DNA of 41,742 bases, counting the filler, from an uncultured Candidatus Peribacteria bacterium (GTDB lineage Bacteria; Patescibacteriota; Gracilibacteria; RBG-16-42-10): assembly GCA_964514565.1 (NCBI GenBank). It is 2 parts of 2 records of this genome, joined end to end, with 100 filler letters (N's around TTAATTAATTAA, not from the genome) between each part and the next. Parts side by side here need not be neighbours in the genome. Positions count along the whole stretch, not along the records: positions 27,144 to 41,742 come from CAZERA010000007.1; 1 more part is not named here. One strand, written 5' to 3'. The position numbers and the translations under genes are program-made. The notes under the pieces were generated by a model. The model saw only the letters and a program-made list of their open reading frames with translations. It searched no databases and was not told where the DNA came from. Shown here one piece after another: positions 27,262 to 35,005 of this stretch (positions within the stretch are counted from its first letter, which is position 1; each line of letters opens with the position of its first letter).

Positions 27262-27816
27262 CTAGCTAGTAGCCAACTGACAGATGTACAAAAATGCCGG
27301 TGGGAGATTGAATAAAGTAAACTTCAAACTGACATGATCAAAAAAAGACTGGATCTTCTTTTTACCAAACAATGAGTAAGAAATTTGTAAAAATTTACCA
27401 CCAGTTTTTAAGGTAGCCCTCACTGCAGCTAAAATATTGGCCGTAACTGCTCCTGGTAAAGAAACCAACGGTACCTCGGAAAAGATGACATCAAGTGCAG
27501 TAATACCATGCTCCTTTAAGTACTTTTCTAAATGTTCTGCTGAGTCATTAATCACAATCACATTGTCTTGATGCACCTTGGTCTGTAAAACCCGCAGTAG
27601 GTCAGGATCAGTCTCAAATACAAAAAGCTTCTGATGTGGTTTCATGTACTGCACAATATATTGAGTCACGGCTCCATCTCCTGCCCCCAACTCAGCAATA
27701 TTTTCTACAGTATTCCAATCAACCTCTTTGCAAGCCAAATGAGAATAGCTAGCCCCAGTGGGGAAAAATGCTCCTACGGCTTGAGGATTGCGCAGAAAAC
27801 TTTGGAAGAAAGACAT
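27262..27816 (-). CDS. SAM-dependent methyltransferase, phospholipid N-methyltransferase (PmtA)-like
   Basis: 'FLRNPQAVGA..PT', ELGAGDG, 'SEVPLVSLP', 'FNLPPAFLY'. Confidence 0.75.
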   Translation of the reverse strand: MSFFQSFLRNPQAVGAFFPTGASYSHLACKEVDWNTVENIAELGAGDGAVTQYIVQYMKPHQKLFVFETDPDLLRVLQTKVHQDNVIVINDSAEHLEKYLKEHGITALDVIFSEVPLVSLPGAVTANILAAVRATLKTGGKFLQISYSLFGKKKIQSFFDHVSLKFTLFNLPPAFLYICQLATS

Positions 27817-27829
27817 GGTTTGCGGAAAG

Positions 27830-27855
27830 TAAAAGGTAAGATGGAAGAGGTAAGA
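27830..27855 (-). repeat. second copy of the 26-nt heptamer repeat
   Basis: Reverse complement TCTTACCTCTTCCATCTTACCTTTTA matches 13225-13250 at 25/26. Confidence 0.8.
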
Positions 27856-27867
27856 GTTGTTTGAGCT

Positions 27868-28710
27868 TTAGAGACGGACACCTATGTTTACGCCTATGCC
27901 TGGTGATGATGATTGAGCACCGAAGTTTAGTACAGTAGCTACGATGGTGTATGCAGCTAGGACAACGATTAAACCAATAACAGAGTAGATAATACCTTTC
28001 TTGGCTTGGCTGATTTGGCTGTCTTCACCACGTGACATGGTATAGCGGTAGCCATTGAATACTAAGAATAGTAATGCTACTACAGAAATAATACCCAAGA
28101 AGAAGTTCACGATGATCTGAAAAGCTAATTGACGGTCCCCAAGTCTAATTAATGGTTGAGCGTATTGGCCAAGAGTACTGCCATCGGTATTGGCACCAGT
28201 AGGCGGAGCACGAAAAATCAAGTTTGGATCTGTGTGATCAGTGAACATTGATGCAGGCACATCACCACTACGAGTACCATTACTTGGACTACCAGAAGAG
28301 TTTGAACTGGTAGTTGGAGGAACTGAACTAGCTGATGAAGAACTGCTACTTGGACTTGAGCTAGTAGTGGGAGCAGAACTGACAGTGGCTGAAGTAGTGG
28401 GTGTGGGAGTTGATGAACTACTAGCAGTACTGGATGGACGTGTAGTCGGAGCTCTCCCCTGTACAAGAGTATCAGAGTTTGCAGAGGATGCTCTTTGACC
28501 AGGAAATTCAGCATCACAACTGGTCTCAATCTGAGTGAGATCAGCATCACTAAGTCCACCATTGGGAGCCATGGCAACGCTTCTTCCTGATACACAACCA
28601 TTATAATTGGTATAAGCAAAGCTTTGATCAACCTGAGAGAAGAACACTACAGGAGCGACCAAAACCGAAGCACTCACAAACAAAACAGCGCGTTGAAAAA
28701 AAGATTTCAT
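27868..28710 (-). CDS. CPR pilin-like protein (TrbC/VirB2, T4SS_pilin) with Ser/Thr-rich stalk
   Basis: Signal peptide, Cys pair, S/T/P linker; C-terminal 'IVNFFLGII...GYRYTMSRGEDSQISQAKKGIIYSVIGLIVVL'. Start refined to ATG 28710. Confidence 0.8.
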   Translation of the reverse strand: MKSFFQRAVLFVSASVLVAPVVFFSQVDQSFAYTNYNGCVSGRSVAMAPNGGLSDADLTQIETSCDAEFPGQRASSANSDTLVQGRAPTTRPSSTASSSSTPTPTTSATVSSAPTTSSSPSSSSSSASSVPPTTSSNSSGSPSNGTRSGDVPASMFTDHTDPNLIFRAPPTGANTDGSTLGQYAQPLIRLGDRQLAFQIIVNFFLGIISVVALLFLVFNGYRYTMSRGEDSQISQAKKGIIYSVIGLIVVLAAYTIVATVLNFGAQSSSPGIGVNIGVRL

Positions 28711-28842
28711 AAAATAAATCACAATACATAATTACTCTAACATAGAGTACCCAAAAAGTGCATAGATACCTCAGCATCTCTGTTCTAATCCTAATTCTCA
28801 TCCTAATCCTTCGATCGAGTACGACGGCAATACAAAAAAACA

Positions 28843-28862
28843 ATCGCTAATTGATTAGCGAT
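28843..28862 (-). terminator. hairpin + T-run after tRNA-Arg
   Basis: atcgctaa-N4-ttagcgat followed by TGTTTTTTT on the minus strand. Confidence 0.6.
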
Positions 28863-28889
28863 AAGTCTAAAAATCAACTAACTCGATCG

Positions 28890-28964
28890 TGGTGCCCCTA
28901 AGAGGAATCGAACCTCTATCTTAAGCTTAGAAGGCTTCTGCTCTATCCATTGAGCTATAAGGGC
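28890..28964 (-). tRNA. tRNA-Arg (TCT)
   Basis: GCCCTTA/TAGGGGC acceptor stem, CTTCTAA anticodon loop, TTCGATT T-loop, CCA. Confidence 0.92.
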
Positions 28965-28973
28965 ATATAAGGC

Positions 28974-29225
28974 CTACCATTCACCACTACTACCGGTATC
29001 ACCTTGATCAAATGGCAATTTGCCGCCAGTAAAGTAAAGGATCAAGGACAAAGTAGCAATCCCACCTAGCACAAAGGAGATAAACATAATCATAGCGGGA
29101 TTCATCGATACAGATGCTGTCAGATAAGACACGGCAGCATCCATAGCAGCAGCTAAATTCTGGAAGAAAACAATCAATTGGAAGAGACCAATGAAAACAG
29201 CCAAAGACAAAAAGAAAAATTTCAT
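28974..29225 (-). CDS. small two-TM membrane protein (LapA-like)
   Basis: Two hydrophobic helices with 'FFQN' after TM1 and 'SFVLGG' in TM2. Confidence 0.6.
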   Translation of the reverse strand: MKFFFLSLAVFIGLFQLIVFFQNLAAAMDAAVSYLTASVSMNPAMIMFISFVLGGIATLSLILYFTGGKLPFDQGDTGSSGEW

Positions 29226-29245
29226 AAGCTAAAATGATATCTCCC

Positions 29246-30496
29246 TTATTGTAGCGCAGATTTCATTAAATAATCTAGGGCCTTCTCTACACGAAGTCTT
29301 GCGGCAACTTGACCTTTCATTCGTTCTTGATCTTTTTCTGGTACTCCCTCTTGGCCCAATCCTTGCATAATTTCTTCATCAGTAGGCTCTAATTTCTCAG
29401 CTTTAGCGATCTCCAAAAGAGCAAAGCGAGCTGTTAAACGACGAGTAGCTTCTGGGTCCCAATCCTTGTGAAGATCCTCATGAGTCTTTTTGTTGGCTTC
29501 AAGATAACGCTCCATTGTCAGTCCCATTCCCTGTAGTCTCTCTGCAAAACTTTCCTCCATATAATGAATCTCATCATGGATCAGTGCATGAGGGACCTCC
29601 ATCTTGGTCATCTCAATCAACTGTTTCAAAATCTCTTCTTCTTGGCGATTGCGCTCCTCGGCTTCTTTACTAGCCACTAAGTAAGCCTTGATTTCTGATT
29701 TCAAAGAATCAAGATCGGTAATCTTTTCATTCTTGAGTTTCACAAAAAATTCAGGTGTCATTTCTGGCATCTGCATTTCTTCCAGCTTCATCAGCTCAGT
29801 AGCAAAAGTGACATCCTTGCTGCGAAGTTCTTCAACATGATAATCCTCTGGGAATTTAACAGTAAATTCTTTCTTGGTGCCTGGTTCCATACCGACTACC
29901 TCTTCCTCAAAACCAGGAATAAAAGTCTTTGAGCCCAATACCAAAGGATGATTCTTACTCTTCGCTCCTTCTACTTCTTTACCATCAACGCTACCGACAA
30001 AGTCCAATTCAGCACGATCGCCCATTTTGGCCGCACGAGTAACATCACTATAGGTAGCAAAACGCTTTTGTAATGTCTCGAGCTCAGTAGCAATTTCCTC
30101 ATCAGTAACTTTAGGAGTCTGCGCTTTCACTCGGATCTTTTGATAGTTACCGACATTGACCTCAGGTAATACAGTAACTGTCAGCTCGATCACAAGTGGC
30201 TGAGTACTAGTCACCTTACTTTCTGGAGGCGCAATAGGAGCAATCTTTTCTTCCACAACTACGGCGAAATACCATTCAGGTAAACCAACTCGTAAAATCT
30301 CTTCATCGACTGCTGGAGCACCAACATGTTGAATGACCATCTCATCTGAGGCCTTACCCGGACGAAAACCTGGCACATTAACCTGACCACGGAGCTTATC
30401 AATTGCCTTTTTTCTAAACTTCTCTAAATCTTCAGGAGCAACATCAAGTGTAATCAAAACTTGTGAATGTGGGAGCTTCTTGAGGGTATGTTTCAC
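29246..30496 (-). CDS. tig: trigger factor
   Basis: PGFRPGKA ribosome-binding motif; FKBP domain 'LGSKTFIPGFEE' and 'FPEDYH'. Confidence 0.97.
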   Translation of the reverse strand: MKHTLKKLPHSQVLITLDVAPEDLEKFRKKAIDKLRGQVNVPGFRPGKASDEMVIQHVGAPAVDEEILRVGLPEWYFAVVVEEKIAPIAPPESKVTSTQPLVIELTVTVLPEVNVGNYQKIRVKAQTPKVTDEEIATELETLQKRFATYSDVTRAAKMGDRAELDFVGSVDGKEVEGAKSKNHPLVLGSKTFIPGFEEEVVGMEPGTKKEFTVKFPEDYHVEELRSKDVTFATELMKLEEMQMPEMTPEFFVKLKNEKITDLDSLKSEIKAYLVASKEAEERNRQEEEILKQLIEMTKMEVPHALIHDEIHYMEESFAERLQGMGLTMERYLEANKKTHEDLHKDWDPEATRRLTARFALLEIAKAEKLEPTDEEIMQGLGQEGVPEKDQERMKGQVAARLRVEKALDYLMKSALQ

Positions 30497-30530
30497 AGGA
30501 TAAAGTAAATGCCCCTAACATCTAACATAT

Positions 30531-30558
30531 CAATTAACAATTTACAATTAACAATTGC
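30531..30558 (+). repeat. heptamer tandem repeat
   Basis: CAATTAA CAATTTA CAATTAA CAATTGC. Confidence 0.75.
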
Positions 30559-30688
30559 CAGTTTAGAGGAGGATTTCTTTATTCGTAAACCTTATCCTTA
30601 TACTCATCCTTCGAGCACCGGAAAAACACTCATCGGACAAAGTAAGGATGAGGATTAGATAAGATCCCGCACATGCGGGACTCGTGTG

Positions 30689-30773
30689 TGGTGCCGCGGA
30701 GAGGACTTGAACCTCCACTCCTTTTGGGAACTAGCTCCTAAGGCTAGCGTGTCTGCCATTTCACCACCGCGGC
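30689..30773 (-). tRNA. tRNA-Leu (TAG)
   Basis: GCCGCGG acceptor, CTTAGGA anticodon loop, long variable arm, TTCAAGT T-loop, CCA. Confidence 0.93.
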
Positions 30774-30832
30774 TTGAGCGCAGGCACTATAATGGAAAAT
30801 AATGAAAAGGGAAATATCTTAATTAACCATTA

Positions 30833-31567
30833 CTAGGCCTGCTCAGGTTGAAATAATAGCTTGTTTCTATGTCCTAAAAAAAGAGCGGCAAAGTGGGCAT
30901 CATGTGCTACTAGTAAACGCCATAAGACTTGTTGAGCATAAATTGGCGCTACACCATTATTATCTATTGTCTGTTCGGTACCTTTCACCAACAACTCTCC
31001 CAAACTTAAAATACATTTCGCTAATTCTGGTGGAGTTAAGTCATCCGTCCTACTAGCAACGCATCTGCAAGATCTCAAAACTGAGGAAAAACAGGTATCT
31101 GAGTGGAACTCACACATTGCACAATAATGTTCATAATCTGACTGAGGAATCATACTGGGTTCAGACAATAATTCAGCAGTCAAGTGTTGGAACTTAGTTT
31201 TACATTTGATTGCCACAAACACCTCTTTGATCAATGCTCGGTAAATCACCACATGAGGCAGCACATTTGTAACATAAAGATTTTGGACTAAACGATCCCC
31301 CTTAGGCTTGTGGAGAAAAGCCCTGACTCTAAGCATACTGCTAGCAAAAAAATTGAGCAGGATAGCAAAGTCAGTTTCGTCTGTAGCAATGCGTTGACCA
31401 TTCGCATCGAGGCTATTTTTACCAAAAAAGCTGCGCAGTAAAATAGAGCCACAGGCAAGGCGTGAAGCCCTTTTTAATTCACCGCGAGCAAATGCTCTTT
31501 TACTAGCATGATGCAAGGAATACATCCCTGAATCAAGCACCCCTTCTTCCAGCTCACCTACCAACAT
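30833..31567 (-). CDS. hypothetical protein
   Basis: 244-aa ORF filling the gap between the HAD gene and tRNA-Leu; no motif recognised. Confidence 0.55.
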   Translation of the reverse strand: MLVGELEEGVLDSGMYSLHHASKRAFARGELKRASRLACGSILLRSFFGKNSLDANGQRIATDETDFAILLNFFASSMLRVRAFLHKPKGDRLVQNLYVTNVLPHVVIYRALIKEVFVAIKCKTKFQHLTAELLSEPSMIPQSDYEHYCAMCEFHSDTCFSSVLRSCRCVASRTDDLTPPELAKCILSLGELLVKGTEQTIDNNGVAPIYAQQVLWRLLVAHDAHFAALFLGHRNKLLFQPEQA

Positions 31568-31637
31568 CGCAATCCAGTCATACGAATAACTAATTTTTAC
31601 CAGGATAAAAATAAATCAATTAGTTCGCAAGACTTAA

Positions 31638-32447
31638 CTATTTCCGATTCTTTACAAGATGGTCAATCAGTTCACAAAAGCCTTGGACACCGGGCAAAGT
31701 GGTTATATAACTGGGAGGAACCTGCATACTAGGTAAATGTCGAGTAATATTAGCAACTCCGACACTGTGTGGAAATAAGCTTGGATCAAACATCTCCTGG
31801 TCATTGCGACTATCACCTACCGTCACCACTCTTTCAGCATCCGTTTGTAACTCTGGCACTAATCGAATCGTTTTCAAAATACCAGACGCTTTATGTTGAT
31901 TAGGATCTTTAATATGGCCATGAATACTACTATGAGTAAATCCCCAATTCTTATCATGACAAATTGCTTCAATTGAAACCAAATCGCTTGCAGTAAGATT
32001 ATCAATCGGAAAGGTAAAATCGGTCAGACGAGTAACGCAATCGCCTGTTGGTTTCAAGAACGGATACTGGGCCCGAATCAAATCGAAAACAGCAAGACGT
32101 TGTTTACGAGTAGCCTCTACATAGTCCAAACTAATTTCAGGTAAATTGTCAGCTTCGGCCATCAAAAGTCGCATTGGCGCTTCACGCTTTTTAGGACAAT
32201 ACAAACCACCATTTTCACCAATACCGCCTTTTACTGGTAAATACTCCACCATACCTTGAACCCAAGAAGCTGGACGACCGGTTACTAATATCACCTTGAT
32301 ATTGTATCTCTCACATAATAAAAATGCCGAGATCAACTCAGGTGAAAAGTGTCCGTGCTCATCAGTAAGAGTACCATCAACATCAGTAGCGATAGTATCA
32401 ATTGTTTGCAGCCAACCTAACGAGATATCATTTACCAACTCGATCAT
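31638..32447 (-). CDS. HAD-superfamily IIB hydrolase
   Basis: DVDGTLT, VTGR, GENGG, K, and GDSRND motifs; ATG start at 32447. Confidence 0.9.
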   Translation of the reverse strand: MIELVNDISLGWLQTIDTIATDVDGTLTDEHGHFSPELISAFLLCERYNIKVILVTGRPASWVQGMVEYLPVKGGIGENGGLYCPKKREAPMRLLMAEADNLPEISLDYVEATRKQRLAVFDLIRAQYPFLKPTGDCVTRLTDFTFPIDNLTASDLVSIEAICHDKNWGFTHSSIHGHIKDPNQHKASGILKTIRLVPELQTDAERVVTVGDSRNDQEMFDPSLFPHSVGVANITRHLPSMQVPPSYITTLPGVQGFCELIDHLVKNRK

Positions 32448-32532
32448 AGAAAAAACATAAGACAACGTTAGTAAAGACTTCTAACTAAATACTGTCAAAT
32501 ATAAATTGGGCAAAGCTATGCTCGAACTATCT

Positions 32533-33183
32533 TTACTGGCGCTTTACAATCGTAACTAACTTTATTTTGTTCCCCTTTTTGAGATTCTTCACAATCTCCA
32601 TACCTTTCGCTACTCGACCAAAAGGGGCATAAACATTGTCTAGACTTGGTTCTTCAGCAAGGGTGATATAGAAAAAACTACGGGCACTGTTGAGAGCATT
32701 TTTGAGACAAGTCGCACGATCAGTAGAAGTCACACAATTACTACCAGTCTCATGTACAAAGCCTACTACACCTGCACTGTCATGATGCAGATCAGGATGA
32801 GTCTCTAAAGCCAATGGAGGAATAGTACTATCCTCTTTGGCAGTACCACTCTTGTCTCCCATGTAGATGGCAAAGTTATTAGCTACATTGTACACACTAC
32901 TACCTTCATAGCGCTTCTCCCCTACCATCTGACCAAATTGGCGAACAGAATTGGGAGTCATTTTTTCATACAACTCAATCGCAAAGGTACCCTGATCTGT
33001 CTCTACAATCGCAATGGGATCAGTATTGTTATTGAGCTCAATATCTTTGGCAAAATCAGCATATGGTCCAGTCACTACCGTACTACCATTGGGCAAAGTA
33101 CTTTCACCGCAGGCAACCAACAAAACAGTGACACAGAAAAGCGCCATTAAACGCTTGGGGAAAGAAGAAAGGTGGATAGTCAT
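32533..33183 (-). CDS. cyclophilin-type PPIase-like lipoprotein
   Basis: LVAC lipobox; 'ETDQGTFAIELY...P', 'FYITL...LD..YAPFGRVAKGMEIV'. Confidence 0.85.
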   Translation of the reverse strand: MTIHLSSFPKRLMALFCVTVLLVACGESTLPNGSTVVTGPYADFAKDIELNNNTDPIAIVETDQGTFAIELYEKMTPNSVRQFGQMVGEKRYEGSSVYNVANNFAIYMGDKSGTAKEDSTIPPLALETHPDLHHDSAGVVGFVHETGSNCVTSTDRATCLKNALNSARSFFYITLAEEPSLDNVYAPFGRVAKGMEIVKNLKKGNKIKLVTIVKRQ

Positions 33184-33238
33184 GACAATTTCAATATACT
33201 CTAGTAGTATGGTAGCCGAATGAACTTTCTATCACAAG

Positions 33239-33724
33239 ATGATTCTTCCTATCCTTACAGACGAAAATCCAGAATTACGTAAAGTGTCTGAGCCAATCAA
33301 AACGATTGACCAGAAAACACTCAAGCTGATCAAAGACCTCGAGCACACACTCGAATACAAGCATGGAGTGGGTATCGCCGCTCCCCAAGCAGGTTTCAAA
33401 CTAAGAGTGATTATTTGCAAATTAAGAAATACCAAGGGCAAAACTGAAAATATTGCTATGATCAATCCACAAATCCTCACCAAAAGTACCGGCTGTGATT
33501 TGGGTGAAGAAGGATGTTTTAGTGTGCCCAATATTTTTGGTCCAGTCATGCGCCCACATGAAATCACTCTGCAATATACTACTACCGATAAAAAGACAGT
33601 CTTACGCAGATTTGCAGGCTACAATGCGCGCGTGATCCAACACGAAGTAGACCATCTGGATGGTATTTTATTTACAGATCTAGTCTCAGACAAATCGACG
33701 CTTTACGAAGAAATAAGCTACTAA
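33239..33724 (+). CDS. def: peptide deformylase
   Basis: GVGIAAPQ, EGCFS and QHEVDHLDG motifs. Confidence 0.97.
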   Translation: MILPILTDENPELRKVSEPIKTIDQKTLKLIKDLEHTLEYKHGVGIAAPQAGFKLRVIICKLRNTKGKTENIAMINPQILTKSTGCDLGEEGCFSVPNIFGPVMRPHEITLQYTTTDKKTVLRRFAGYNARVIQHEVDHLDGILFTDLVSDKSTLYEEISY

Positions 33725-33726
33725 CT

Positions 33727-34668
33727 ATGCCAATTCGCACTATCTTTTTTGGTACTCCCAATTTTGCCGTACCTATCTTGGAAATGCTGGCTCACCACCC
33801 GGCCTTAGAAATGGTCTGTGTGGTGGCTCAACCAGATAAACCTGTAGGCAGGAAACAAGTACTCACGTCTCCACCGACGAAGGTAGTTGCATCTGCATAT
33901 AGTATTCCCGTGTACCAACCTATAAGTTTACGCACTCAAGAAGCTGTTCAAGCCATTGCTGACTATAGACCAGATCTGATCATTGTCGCCGCTTATGGCA
34001 AAATAGTACCTGAAGCTATTTTGAACTTACCAAAGTATCAATGTCTCAATGTCCATCCATCAGACCTCCCCAAATATCGTGGAGCAAGTCCCCTGCAATA
34101 CACAGTATGGAAAAACGAAAAAGAGACCAGAACAAGCATTATGGTAATGGAAGCTAGCTTGGACACTGGACCAATCATTGCCCAAAGTACTCCATATAGG
34201 TTGTCGGCTAACGAAACATACCTGAGCTTAGAAAAACACTTAGCGATCGAATCAGCACAACTTCTCCAATCAGTGATTGAACCCTGGTGCAATCAAACTA
34301 TCCAAGCACAAACACAAGATGATGACCAAGCAACCTATACCAAGATCCTTACCAAAGAAGATGGGAAAATCGACTGGTCGCAATCTGCTACCACAATAAG
34401 CTGTCAGATTCGTGCCCTCAATCCTTGGCCAAGCACGTATACATTTCTTGAACAGAAACGAGTAAAGATCGATCAAGCACAAGTAAGTAGTGCTATTACT
34501 CAAAAAACAGTGGGCACCCTTTATAGTGAATCCCAGAAACTTTACGTTGCCTGTGGTGATCAAACTGCACTAGAAATCCTCTCCCTCCAACTCGAAGGTA
34601 AAAGCAAAATGACTACTGCGGAATTTATGACTGGTTATGGTCAGTACCTTGACCACGTGTTTGCATAA
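33727..34668 (+). CDS. fmt: methionyl-tRNA formyltransferase
   Basis: FFGTPNFA, QPDKPVGR, HPSDLPKYRGASP, LDTGPI; follows def. Confidence 0.97.
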   Translation: MPIRTIFFGTPNFAVPILEMLAHHPALEMVCVVAQPDKPVGRKQVLTSPPTKVVASAYSIPVYQPISLRTQEAVQAIADYRPDLIIVAAYGKIVPEAILNLPKYQCLNVHPSDLPKYRGASPLQYTVWKNEKETRTSIMVMEASLDTGPIIAQSTPYRLSANETYLSLEKHLAIESAQLLQSVIEPWCNQTIQAQTQDDDQATYTKILTKEDGKIDWSQSATTISCQIRALNPWPSTYTFLEQKRVKIDQAQVSSAITQKTVGTLYSESQKLYVACGDQTALEILSLQLEGKSKMTTAEFMTGYGQYLDHVFA

Positions 34669-34993
34669 GTAGTTGATCAATACGATCAGCATACTCACCA
34701 TTTTCATCGATCATAAAACGCACCTTTGGTACACGCTTGGTACTGAGCACATCCCGTAAAGACAAATAAACATCACGAGTGATTGCACGCAAATACTTCA
34801 CGATACGTGAAAGGCTCTTTTGACTATCATAAGAAGAAATCCATACCTTGGCCTCGGCGAGGTCTGGTGACACTTCCACTCGTGTCACAGTCAACAAACC
34901 AATCTCAGGTTCACGAAACTCCTGCTCCAAGATACGACTAATATGCTCTTTCAAAACTTGATTCATCTGTCGTAAGCGACGATTGTCTGGCAT
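34625..34993 (-). CDS. rbfA: ribosome-binding factor A
   Basis: 'LTVTRVEVSPDLAEAKVW' and 'KRVPKVRF..D'; downstream of infB. Confidence 0.92.
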   Translation of the reverse strand: MPDNRRLRQMNQVLKEHISRILEQEFREPEIGLLTVTRVEVSPDLAEAKVWISSYDSQKSLSRIVKYLRAITRDVYLSLRDVLSTKRVPKVRFMIDENGEYADRIDQLLMQTRGQGTDHNQS

Positions 34994-35005
34994 GGTATAA
35001 CGCTA

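Noticed and set aside
28570..28600. 'CVSGRSV' in the pilin resembling 'CLVSGRSV' in SLH paralog 2
   Set aside because: The match is short, has no flanking similarity and is not conserved in paralogs 1 and 3; probably chance.
28800..28889. HDV-like (theta) ribozyme in tRNA trailers
   Set aside because: A P1-like stem exists, but I could not find the P3/L3 (TCC.CG) or P2 pseudoknot elements in any trailer.
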